A DNA stretch of 64,000 nucleotides from Catajapyx aquilonaris (taxonomy: Eukaryota), in assembly GCA_000934665.2 (NCBI GenBank), contig KZ538361.1, positions 1 to 64,000 of the forward strand, given 5' to 3'. The notes under the pieces are model-generated. The model was not told where the DNA came from, searched no databases, and was given only the letters and a program-made list of their open reading frames with translations. Both the position numbers and the translations under genes were made by a program. The stretch's first letter is position 1. Each line of letters starts with the position of its first letter. Below are positions 49,890-62,169 of the stretch, piece after piece.

Positions 49890-52800
49890 ACAGTTGACGG
49901 TGTGTTAAAAACGCGAATGGTGCAGGATAAGTGCATAGTGTTGCTTCTGTTACAGGAAAACTAGTACTATTTGACTGATACCAAAGTATGGAAACATGAG
50001 CTCAAGAGGCATTTCAGCGTGCCCATTCGGGGAGAGAATTGCTATGGTCACAAGCACATGCTCATGTAAAATTGACAATTCTGGACAGAAAGAGGTAGGG
50101 GGTGGTCAGAAATGGGGGGTAGAGTTGGGGGTTGGGGGGGGGGATAAAAATAAATGTAAAGGGTCCGAGAAGGACTTGACAGGTGGTACGACCTCTCGAT
50201 AAATAAAGATGTCCTTTTTTTATTTCATGCTCGATCATGATGGCATAGTGGACATGAAGTGGCTGGAACGCGGATTGGGCACAGTCCGATGGGCTTCAAA
50301 TCAAATGCCACTCACTGCCAGCCTCCTGTCAAGCCTCCGACTGACCTTCTGATCCCATGACACACGGTATTCGCATTATCAGTGCTTTTCTATTAATGCT
50401 TCCTAGGTGGCTAACCCCGATAAAAGACCTTTTGAAGTCTCTATTCAGAATATCAGATGCGAATAGGGGGGTGGGGGATGGGGAGGGGGGTAGACAGAGA
50501 ACTCAATAAGAATGGTTTCCGTTTGTAATATATTTAAGCCAAGTTGTCTTATCTGCAGGAGTGGCCAGGGGAGATCTGAAATTCACATGCCAGTCTGCTT
50601 GCATAGAGTAGTGTACACACATTCAAATAGGCTGAAAATATCGAGTTGCACACTTTTGTTTGAATCACATCAACAGGGGTCGTATTTCTTTAAAAAACTG
50701 TTTATTAGTCACAAATGGACATGACATGACGATACATACTACAAATAGGAAGCAACAAAATGGCCATGGTATAGTAGCTACAGGACATCACAGTTCATGA
50801 TTAGGTGACACTGATGCTATCAGACCTGAATGTTCTTCATGTGGACACTGCTGTTCTCCGGAGGCTGAGATGGTATACTGCAACCAAGCACCCAGTACCT
50901 CCAATCCAAACATAATAACTTAAACACTATAGCGAATACGTGGAGTTATCATATCATGCATATTATACTTTTCCAGCTCAAATGCATGGCATGACAACTT
51001 CTCTCCAGTGTAAGTAATTGCATTTTTTGGTGGATTGGTCTAGTACTGTATAGGTGGGAAGAAGATAAGTAGATGTTGTTCACACCAGCAATGGGGTAAG
51101 TTGTAGTCTTCGTGCCTGTGAATATAAGAAGAAGAAAAAAGTCACATCCTTGCCACGGTGGTCAAATTCCCTTTGAATTTACGGGAGTCGTAATTTATCA
51201 TTCCCTTTTGTATTGATGAATATTCTACTGCAGTCCAAGCAAAGCTCAAAACCTCATTTCTTATTGGCATGGTACAAGAAGATAAAGGGTGGTTTTTTTT
51301 TCCAGTGCACTGGGGTCAACATACTAAACCACGGGAAATTCTGACATGCCAGAAATGCCAAACTCACCCACAGATCACAGTTGATGCCCAATAAGCCATA
51401 GGCTATGCTGAAGGTGAGGTTTATAAAGAAGAGTCCATCAGAATTGGAAGCCTTCACATTACAAGACGCTTATTGCACAAAGGAACCACGATTTATTGAT
51501 TTTAAATGGTCATCGATTTAGTACGGTATAAATCATTATATGCATTATCACCGAATTATAGTTTGACAGAAATAGGGCCGATCAATGACATAAATTGAAG
51601 TTAGGCGTTAAAGGCAACATTTGCCACATCAAGATAGATTAGCCGATAATAAAGCAAGAAACAGTTCTTATATTTGTTGACTTTTTTTTAAACGCGACTT
51701 TCGTCTTCAAGTACCATCAGCCCATTTTGAGAATGGCTGAACTAGTATCGATCAAAGCCTATGTACTAAACATGTTGAAAGACTACTGGATATATTCAAT
51801 ATAAGTAACCTTCAAGCTCTAAAGATAAGCTCATAGCACACGCAATAGTCTCTTAAGCGACGGTTGACCCCAAGTGCTGCAGAAAGGCAATCCGAATTTA
51901 ACTTCAATTACTAAAAAATCATGCTGTTTGTCCAGTAAGTCAACTAATTCTAACACACTACATATCTTCAGCGGATTCGCTTCGTTCCACAAAGATTATT
52001 AATGAGCTGGCTAAGGGAAATTGGAATGCCCATATAGAGGGATGTATGAATGTCACAAAAATACTGCTGAACACCTGATTCTGCTCGAGGTTCCTTCCCA
52101 ACGCTATGTTCATGCATGGTTGCTACGTATACAGTATATAGTGCTATCAGCAAGCAATGCAGATGTGTTGGATGACAAAAGACAATCTTGCTAACATGCC
52201 AAGTATTTATATAAACTATTTAAGGCGTATATAATAATTCCTTAGAATAGAGATCCCTTATCCGGCAGCAGCGCAAGTGATATGTCATTTAATGGTCAAG
52301 AAAGCGGGGGTCTTCTACATGTCATTTTGTTAATCGTTTTGTTTGGAGAGGTCAAACGAATATAAATATGGCTAAAATGGCACCTGGAGTAGCAATTATT
52401 CCAGTAGTGATGATTAATTGCCGTATTGCATGCGATGAGAAAGAAATCACAAAGAAAAATAGCAGAAAACACTGTTAATTAAATTATTTGATACATGACT
52501 GACAACCTACGAAGCTATGCATTACCATCAGCAACAATTTGTATTCCGCATAATAATATTAATTTGAAGCACGTATCATTATGATCATTACGAATTTTAA
52601 TATAACCTCCAGCGCCATTGTGCTGAATGACGTTATCGATGTCATAAGCTGTTACAGGCTGCAAGAGCGTGTGGCATTAATACCACCATATCTCATATTA
52701 TGCATAGACATGCCATATTGCCTGTGACAGGTGTTGATAGTAAGACCTTTAATGGGGAATGAAATTGCCAAGCTAACTGCCTACATGATCACAACTTCTG

Positions 52801-54270
52801 AGGAGAGAGCAGCAGGAATGAAAAATTGCAATTGCTGAATTGTGTGGTGAACACGAGCAAATGTTCAGCATTAGATGCAAAAAAGTAGTTGAGCTGGTGC
52901 TTGATAGAACCACCCCTAATTGAAGAGAATTTTTATTTTGTTTCTAACAAATGATACCTATGGAACAGTCATTTCACAACACTAAGCAAATTAGGAAGAA
53001 ATAAATCAGCTCCTGACTTGTACGTGACATAGCGCAGCATTGACGATATGACCACATGATAGGCTGTAATTTACAGGAATAATTATTCTGCTCTGGTCAT
53101 CCTGCATTCATCTTCTCAAAATAATTGTCATGCTGAGTTGAAATCCATGTCATTCTAATAGCTAGATATCCACAGTTATACTTTGGCTCCTTCTGACTCA
53201 AACAAGTATTTGCCACAAACAATTGTTGTTTTTTTGCCACAGTAACTTTAATGTTATGTTGTCAGATTTTCCAGTTTGCATAGCACAACACGTGGTTCTT
53301 CTCTGGATGCAAAATTGATCCTCATTTCATCGCTGATTCTACATTTTGATCCTTGAATCATGAAAAACCACCTTCTCACGATTATAAGAAATGTGCTTAA
53401 AAAACTGACACGAAGGTCTTATGCACACAACATCCCATTTTGTTCACCCATTTCCAGGTTGGCAGAATCAACTTATTGTAATCAAGAGTTTTCAAGCATC
53501 TCAACTCCAAGGAGCGATCAAGATAATCGACTCAAAATGTATCCTGTGACTTATGCTTCTATATGCAACATATTCTTCTCGAGTGTCTGCATATGAATCA
53601 AGAGTTATATTTGGTCAAAACTGTGTACTACAGTCCTTGAAACTTCATTTCCGATAGTTGAGTCCATTTTCTGATAAATCAATTATACAGCTGTCCCGAA
53701 AAGAATTGACATCAGCAATGGTAGCAATGTTTTTTTAAGAGAGGTTGTTCCTAATAACATTTAATGAAAAAGAAAAATCCTAAATGCCTAATTAGATCTT
53801 CAATTGAGAAATCTGTGTTTGATCATTATGAGTTTGCTGCTTTGTTCGACGTCAAATGGCCACAGAAAGCATCATCAGTAATGGAGAGTTAATTAGTGTG
53901 GCAGTTAGGAAATGATTAATTCTTAAAGTTGCTTGTTGTTCACATTTCATAAAATGATTCCGCAACCATGTGTTCACAATGTAGAAACACCTAAAATGGT
54001 CCAATTCAAACACTATTACAGTCTATTCACTCTGGGTAACCCACTGGGTTGCTACCATGACAACGTATACAGGAGAAGTAAACAACCAGTTACCTAAGTG
54101 AGTAAGCAGAGGGCCTTAATGTCAGATTTAGCGAACAGTATGTAACTCTTTAAAATATTCCGCCATTGCCCTCAAAATATTAAATTTCGGTGCTAATTTT
54201 TCTGTCGCCATTTGAAGTTGAGAAAAATATCAAAATCATTCAGATTTCTCCGTTGAGGCAAATACTAATA

Positions 54271-55072
54271 CAGTTGACTCCGGATATAACAACCTCGGTT
54301 ATAATAGACTCGAAAGGCCGGTCCCGCCATGCTTCCATAAGGCCCTGTATATTTTTATTACTCACGATATAACAGACCCATTTTCACCTCACCTCGGGTA
54401 TAACATACAATTTTTGGCCCCTCGGCGGGAAAGTATGGGGCTTTTGATTACTCAACTTCCATCCTCAAGCGCAGGAAGGCAGAGAATACTGGATCGGGGG
54501 GTCACTGATCTAAGTTACTCAAAATCACACTTTGTCATCCGGTATATTTGGCAACAAGGAGACGACAGAAGAAAATTACGGATTTTTTGGTGTTCTTCCT
54601 AATTTACGGATGATTTTGCATAGTGAATAGTTTCATTAATGTGAATAGTTTCATTAATAAATGAGGGCTCTCAGATCAAAGGCGGCTAAGTCCATTGGGG
54701 GGGGGGGCGGTGTAACACAAATACGTCCAGAAATAATGTATTTTAATGTCATTTGGTATTAATTGCACATTTGCGTATGTAGCTGAGCCGTGGCAACATA
54801 TGGGCTCAAAACGTTTCAAGATTGTACCAGTGAAAGTTAAGTAATTAAGTTATAATAAGTAAATAAGTTAAGTAAAGTTTTTGCTCATTTTAAGACCCGC
54901 ATTTTTGGGACTTAGCCGCCTTTTATCTGAGACCCCTCAAATGCAGTAGTGTGCATTACAGGCATATGGAAAGCAGAAAACATGTGTATTCTTGGTAAAA
55001 GTGGCGATTTGGATATAACAGACTTTTCCGCGGTACCCGTACCTTTAAGTTTGTTATATCCGGAGTCTACTG
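54271..55072. mobile_element. pogo/Tigger-like non-autonomous element with nested insertion
   Basis: TA|cagttgactccggatataacaa ... ttgttatatccggagtctactg|TA. The TIR is related to that of 9663-10236. Confidence 0.82.
54663..54938. mobile_element. Sola-like MITE (AAAT|GAG...CTC|AAAT) nested in the pogo-like element
   Basis: TIRs gagggctctcagatcaaaggcggctaagtcc / ggacttagccgccttttatctgagacccctc with a non-palindromic 4-bp TSD AAAT on both sides. Confidence 0.85.
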
Positions 55073-57084
55073 TATTATTAGAAAGATATCACTTAAAATG
55101 ATCACTCTTCATGCTGATGATACCCATTCTTTAATTTTTTTTAAAAAATCATAATAGTAACAATCTCAAACATTTAACCCCGATATCTCCATGATGTGAT
55201 CCTCCAGCACTTCAACTCATCATACGTATCCAAAGCAAGACACATCAGACCACCCCCAAAAAATAGCAATAAAATGTAGGCTAGAGAAACAGGTACATCA
55301 AGAGCCCCCCCCCCCCTCCCCCCATTCTATCCGGAGGCTACGAGATGTAGAATAGTACAAGTGGAATCCTGGCCTAGGCAGGCTTTTTTCGGCAGCCAAC
55401 CAGCCATCCAGCCAGGTCCCTCCCTTCACCACCTACCCTCTCCCCAGTCCCATCCAGCTAGCTAGCTCCAGCGGCGCCCGTTTGCCCGCCAAAGCGTGAA
55501 GCTTCCAGCCCGGGGCCTTCCTCTGTAATTTTTGCTCGTCATTTGGACCCATTATCTCGCCGACAATGCAGTCCAAATGAGGAGGATGAAGGGAGGAGGC
55601 GGAGGAGGAGCAGGGGAGAATCCGAGGGGGTTGTAGGTGGAGGTGGGGGGAGGTCAAATTACCCAGGCAGGAGCCTGAGTTACCCTGGCAACCGTCTTTT
55701 TCCCATTCCCGCCCCATACGACGGCGCACTGCCCGCCCCTCTCGACAGCATCCAAGAGACATTTTCTCATGTCTCAGGAAATCCCGGAAAGAACCCCCCC
55801 CCCCCCCCTCTTCCCGTTCCCAGTATGCATGCTACAATTAGTACTAGCCACAAAATTGTTGTGTACGTCATCTACATTCTTGAGGTTTGTAGTGTCCACT
55901 CAGGCGCTTCTGGAGCAATCTGAGAATGATGTTTCAAACTCATGACACTAAGGATGACGCAGCACATTCAGCCCCTCGACTTTATGAGTGAAGAAAAAAA
56001 ATTGAGGGAAAAGTTATGGCTTCATCAGAGAGGTGGTCTGATGTTGCATGTTCGATGGGCCTGTTTGGAGCGGACACACATGTTGAATCCCGTTGGTTAT
56101 TTGTCACCTTCAACCTGCACAGATATGTTTTTTTTTTCGGGTTGGGGACGCATTGGCAGGTGTGGGAAACAAGCAGTGGGATGGAAAATGAAAGAGGGCA
56201 AAATATTGGCAAAAATAATTTCACGCCAGATTTGACTACAGAGGCTTGATTGATTCGCTTTTGTCATTGGCATTAAGGACCTCCGAGTGGGTCGCACGTG
56301 CCCGCCACTGATTCTGAAAGAGCAGCCCCCTTTTTTCTATTAAATATTAGTTATGCCTTTTTTAACGCCACATCAGGGGGTACTAAACAGCTTTGGGAGT
56401 CTTCTTTTCGTCAATGCTTACTACAGTTGATGGGAACTCCAATTTGGAGAGCTGATGGCATGATAAGGTCTCTGCGAAACAACATTCTGATTTCTGAGAC
56501 ACCTGGTGATTTGGCAGCCTGCAAGCCTTTAGTATAGTCAGAATGTGTCACAGTTATTTCTGCCTGCAACAGCCTATGAACAGGCATATACAGCGTATAC
56601 ACTCTCTGGTTACCTCTATGTAGCAGGAACTTTTTGTTTTCTTCAATAATATTACTTCTACATATATGTGATCAGAATCGCTGGGTTCACAAACTTGCGA
56701 GAAACGCCTTCTCGCCAAGCTTTTTGGAAGCAGGTTATTGTACCCCCATTGGCTCGCCATATAGCGCATAGGCATATAGCGTTATTATCTCCGTTATTGT
56801 AGGACGAATTGAATAATCTTTCCAACCTATGAATATCAATGAATTATAGATTGCAACATCATTATGACATCAAAAAATCACTATTGAACACTTTGCAGCC
56901 GCTAAAAAGAATATGGCCTCGTAACCTAATATCAATCAGCTAATACTTTGGAGAAGCACTAAAAGTAGCTAACTCTAGCTGCTTAAAAATTAGCACCTTC
57001 GATCAAAAAAGGCGCAGCATTCTGCCACACAGTGCGATTTATTGGTTATGTGAAGCAGGTTGTTCACATTAATATCATTGGTAT

Positions 57085-57528
57085 GAGTGTTATAATTATT
57101 TAAAAAATATTATGTTGGGTTACTCTATGGAAGATTATTGTCTCATTGAGGGACCCAGTACTTACAGAATTTCATCTGCTTATCCGTCCGCGGCAATTGT
57201 TACCAAAAAGAACATTGGAATTTTCCCTTCAAATTTGCTGTAGGCCTACCATATGATGTGAAGAATTCCTCGTGACGGTAACCTGCATGTTTCCCGTCTA
57301 TTTGCTTGATCCCAGACAAAGGCGTAATAATGTGAGTAATGAGCCTACCACGGTGCCGACTATTCCTATAGGAGGAATCTACTGTAGAGGAAATACCAAT
57401 GTTTCTTACTGGTAACAATTGCCGCGGACGAGTAAGCAGAGGAAAGTCTGTAAGTACTGTGGGTCCCTCAGGTGAAAATAATCTTCACTAGAGTAAACTA
57501 ACAAAAAAATTTAAAAAATTATTATAAA
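57085..57528. mobile_element. MITE with ~140 bp imperfect TIRs
   Basis: gagggacccagtacttacaga...gtccgcggcaattgttacca is mirrored by tggtaacaattgccgcggac...tctgtaagtactgtgggtccctc. Termini are approximate. Confidence 0.75.
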
Positions 57529-57559
57529 TCAAAAACACTAATGATCATCACCCAATCAA

Positions 57560-57824
57560 TGAAGGCAAGTGAGCGCTCGCCTCTAGACCCAAAGTTGTGG
57601 GTTCGAATTCGAACCCGGCCAAGATCGGTGACTTTTCTCCGGGTGGTAGAAAAGTGAGTGGGGTGCGCCTTCCTTCGGATGGGAAGAGTCGGTACCGTGT
57701 GCTTGTGACATTGCGCGAGTGCACGTTAAAGATCCCCAGAGTGACCAAATTTCCAGGAGGAGGACCACTCCTTGGCGTCGGTGTTGAGCCTTAGCAGCAA
57801 AAATATGCCGACGTTAAGCCCCAC
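57560..57824 (+). mobile_element. tRNA-derived SINE with Meta-domain / tick Ruka-like body
   Basis: B-box gggttcgaa, then ccttcggatggga...ccgtgtgctt...gtgcacgttaaagatccccag...aaatttcc...gacgttaagcccca. This matches my recollection of MetaSINE/Ruka motifs. Confidence 0.7.
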
Positions 57825-57891
57825 TGATAAAGTATCCATGTGACCATGTTCATACCTCACTATATATTACAGTACATAATATAATAATTAT

Positions 57892-58713
57892 TAGAGAACG
57901 GATTTCTAGGTTCTAAAAAACCCTCAAATAGGTAGGCATTTAGGCCCTGAAAACAGTCAAAATAGGCTCTTAAACAGGCACTATAAATCAACCTGGTTCT
58001 AATTTATTTTAATTTCTACACATATTTACAGCCTACTCCTGTCCATGGAGTTTTGCAGAACAGTAACGAACTAGCAGTTATTCCATATTTTCGTTGGTTA
58101 ATCGCAGTTATTCGGCGACAGTTAAGATGCTCCCTCACGGGGAGCCGATATGGCCGATAGAAAAGCCGTCGGGCCGAATGTAGCAGCTTATTTAACGGCT
58201 ATTAATAACAGTTATTTCGACTCGCAATAGCTGTTAACGGCATATTACCCGGGATCTTGCCGATCAACCGCTTCTTCGCTTGTCACAGGTTGAAGTGGGA
58301 GGGATTCCTTGAACGGAAAACCTGCAGAACTCTCGAAAATCTTACCGAACGGCGCACAGTGGGGCCCAGCCGCAAAAAGGTTGACAAAACCTCAAAAAAT
58401 TAATATGTCCATACAGAGTTATTTAACGGCTATTAATAACAGTAATTAATCACAGGTTGAAGTGGGAGGGACGGATTGAACGGAAAACCTGTAGAACTCG
58501 CGAAAATCTTACCGAATGGCGTGAAAAAGGTCGAAATAGGCACTAATAGGTGCTAATAGGCCATTTAGGTCCCAACACCCGAAATAGGCATTTTTAGGTT
58601 CTATAAAACTGCGATTTTTGAGGTCCTTGTGTTATGAAACGGATAGATATTTTGGTTCCGGTGTTCTGCCTACAAAAGAAAAAGTAGGTAAAAACCTAGA
58701 AATCCGTTCTCTA
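57892..58713. mobile_element. hAT-type non-autonomous transposon
   Basis: TIRs tagagaacggatttctaggtt / aacctagaaatccgttctcta with a perfect 8-bp TSD ATAATTAT. It has AATAGG subterminal repeats and internal direct duplications (~58188/58419 and ~58284/58451). Confidence 0.9.
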
Positions 58714-60490
58714 ATAATTATGTTCGTATTAATAATCTATACAAGTTATATTAAATATTTGCAATTTAACTTCTTGCATCGGATGTTAGGAGCCGTTAAT
58801 CGCAGAAGAGGGAATGCCTCTTCCTGCCGGGGGTCTCCTGGAGGTTTTCCGGGAACAGATGGTCAGCCTCTATACACCGATAAACTCTCCCTCTCTTAGC
58901 AGGTAGGTAGGTAGGTGTCTGCCCCCGACCCCTGACCCCCGCCCCCACCGCATCTTCCGCTCTTCCAAAAGCGACAGCTGCCTCCCTGGTTTTTTACTCA
59001 CTTCCTTTACCTTTTCTCAGCATTCACGACTACAGTATGGTCAAGGAACATTTCGCAAACACCAGCCTCTAACGGGCCACCAAAATCGTGGAGCATCATT
59101 ACTTTTAACGATTTACTAGAAGTAGTAACGAGAATTCTACACCATGCAGTTAGTAGAGCCTGCACTGTCATTTCAATTTTTTTAAAAACCTTAGTAGCCT
59201 TAACCCATTGTTATTATTAGGCTCATTCCTAATAACAATTAGTAACAATGGAATGGTACAGAATTAACGACGTTATATGTGGTGTGAACATAGAGACTGC
59301 GATAAACCTATCGTCACATTGACCTTTCAGAGTTAATCTCCCACTTAGAATTTGGTTAATTCCTTCCTTTCTGGCCTTTCAACGGCGGACAGGCGTGAAA
59401 AATGACGATATTAATTTCATCAATGAATTGTAGGGGGGAGCAATGCATTGTGATTCCCCAAACAACGATGGTTCCTACGGAAGCCCTTTTTCTCTCCATC
59501 GCTACAACCCCCCCTTAACTCCTCATCCTTTTGATGTTGCCGCCGGGAAGGTGGGGGATAGAACTGGTGGGGGGTGGTTCCGACTCAGGAAAAACTCCGG
59601 GACCAACCCCGTAAGAATTACAAAAGGAGAGGAAGAAGAAACAGTGGCCAGATGAAATTGATTGTTACCGAGTGCTGAGCTTTTCAGTGCTTTCCAGAGC
59701 GTGGGATTCAGATCCCTAACTGGATTAGAAGGTGTTGGAAGTGATGACCGGGTCCAATTGGCTACACTCAAAGAAGTGAGAGAGAGAGAAAAAAAAAATG
59801 TGTGAGTATGAGCATTGACCTCAGTTACTACAGCTCTTGGTAGAGTCGGCACGCACTCACACACAGCGTGCTTTTTTCGGGGGTTCCATGTGACGCCACT
59901 TGAGAAGAATCGCCAATCACGGGAGAGCATATGGTCGTCAATGGAACATGTTGATTCCCCACCCTCTCCACCACCTCCCTGCCTTCTTACTGACCATCCC
60001 AATCAAGTGGGTATGACATTGGGAAGTATTCAATCCACAGGCATTAAGGATGACGCATACGCACGTCATTGGCCGTGACGCGACGGTAAATGCACTCGCA
60101 CGTGTTCATGACCACAGTGATTGACGACTGTGTTTGACATCTGAAGCGGACAGGATCGCCAAGAGAAATCAGTGTAATTAAAACTTAAAAGATCGACTTA
60201 TGATGCTGAAATTAGCCGGTAAAAAATTTATGGTTATGGCTGCCAGTTACAACATGCACGACTGATTTTGTTAATTTTTGTTAAAAAATATGGTAATTTT
60301 CGAACGTTCAGTATTTCCCCTTTAACGTATGTCGATAAACACATTTAGAAAGACGGAGGCAAAGATGTGATATTCTGACAGTTCTCATATTATTACTTAC
60401 GACTGTATATCATACTGGGTCAGATGGTTTTAAGGCGGATTAATTAGCCCGTAAGAGCTCTTAAACCCTCCGTACTGGCCATGGTCAAAC

Positions 60491-60650
60491 GGGGTGAGAT
60501 TGTGCCAGCGCATTTTTGGACAACATTGCGCCCTATACCACGAATTTTACTTGACCATCCCTCAATGTAGTAAAACATGCCTAAATTCGCTTGCTGCTAG
60601 TATATAACACTGTTGTCAAAAAAAAAAATGCTCTGGCACAATCTCACCCC
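60491..60650. mobile_element. Small MITE core
   Basis: ggggtgagattgtgccagcgcattttt / aaaaatgctctggcacaatctcacccc. Outer termini are degenerate. Confidence 0.65.
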
Positions 60651-61238
60651 AACTGACGGTATGGATGGTGCTTGATACAGTGCTATTCGAGCCTATCAAA
60701 ATTGTATTTTCATGGTTCATAATAGCCTACAGAAGAGCGACGAAAGGAGAGACACTATTTAGAAACAAATCGGCTTTCCTTCCAGAAATAATTACATCCG
60801 ACGCAACAATAATCCAAATACTTCCTGAAGAGCAGGTTGCAACATTTTAAATTAATTTTTTTTGCTTAATTGTTCCTACCAAAAAAGTGATCAGACCGCG
60901 AGCGTGGTAAAAGTCTGTTAAGCTTATTCACACTAAATAAAAAAATAATTCGCCAGGTAAGATTTTCACCCTCAGGTGCAATGTGTCAAAGTAAAATGCC
61001 TGACCAGCAGGTCGATGTCTCTAGTTGAAGGTTAACAAGAGCGATATCATCATATCACACGCAATTGCACTCAGTGCGAATCCAAGCCACTAAGGCCTCA
61101 CGTCCTCTATTTTTAATGCCATAATTTGCGCAAATCCAGTAATGGTCGACATACTCAGAATCGCAATATTTTCTTCCAGTCCACCATTTTTCCGAACAAC
61201 ATTTGAATCATTAACTGGTTAAAATCAAGCTTACACTA

Positions 61239-61425
61239 CACTCTTAACCATTTACCTTCTCTAGAGAGGGTAAGAAAGTGGCCATTTTTTTTACCTTACA
61301 TTGTAGGGTAAATATTCTTGGGTAAATTGATTCTAAGGTAAATTTTGCATGTATTACCTTAGAAAATAGAGGGTAAAAAGGCCCTCTTTTTTACCCTCTC
61401 TAGAGAAGGTAAATGGTTAAGAGTG
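61239..61425. mobile_element. Palindromic MITE, TA|CAC...GTG|TA (animal EnSpm/CMC-type termini)
   Basis: cactcttaaccatttaccttctctagagagggtaa / ttaccctctctagagaaggtaaatggttaagagtg, with internal TTACC/GGTAA repeats. Confidence 0.85.
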
Positions 61426-62118
61426 TATAGGATTGAAACCGGACGTGCCCTTCATCCATCAATATATGCATGTCATCCAACACGCACATACATATATTCG
61501 CAAATCTGTGGGGTGCTGCAGCCAGAAGGGTATTGCTCATCTGTGTGGGATTGCCAGGATGAGTAGTAATTTAGTTGATGGAGCCTCTGGGTAGCGTTTC
61601 CCTGTGCGTACACATCACACTATACCAAGTTGCCTGCGTTTATGGCATGATGTTGAGACCATCCACCCCCGCCATCATTTGGGCGGGAGCAGGGTTGAGG
61701 GGGTATGAAAAAACACATTCCTTCTCATTTGTCGTCGGCGGGATTCAGCTTGGGTGACCTCCACCATAAAGCTGCCCTTTCCAGCTGCCGCTTGCCAAAT
61801 GGACTTGAATGTTCAGTCAAGGAGGTCATGAGGTCGATCCACTCCGGAGGGCTATCCAAATAGCCATTTGAGAAAACCTACAAAATTTTTGGCATAGAAT
61901 CTCAGTTATAGGACCAGCTTCAAAATAAAGGTGATTGACATCGAAGTTGCAGCTGGCAGTGGAATCTTTGGGCGTCCATCTCTCCCTCCCCTGGCCCCCC
62001 TACTCCCTTCTGGTCCAGATTGGCCGGTCAATTGGGACAAGTGGACTTCCTCATCAAGAAGGCCATGGGGGGAGAGGAATGAAGATTCATTGAAGGGGGA
62101 GAAGAGACACCCGAGGGT

Positions 62119-62169
62119 GGATGGGATGGATGGATAGATGGATGGTTGGATAGGATAGATGGATAGATG
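62119..62169. repeat. (GATG/GATA)n imperfect tetranucleotide repeat
   Basis: Read directly. Confidence 0.85.

Noticed and set aside
49381..49964. Poly-Tyr/Ile and poly-Asn/Asp ORFs
   Set aside because: They are trinucleotide microsatellite translations.
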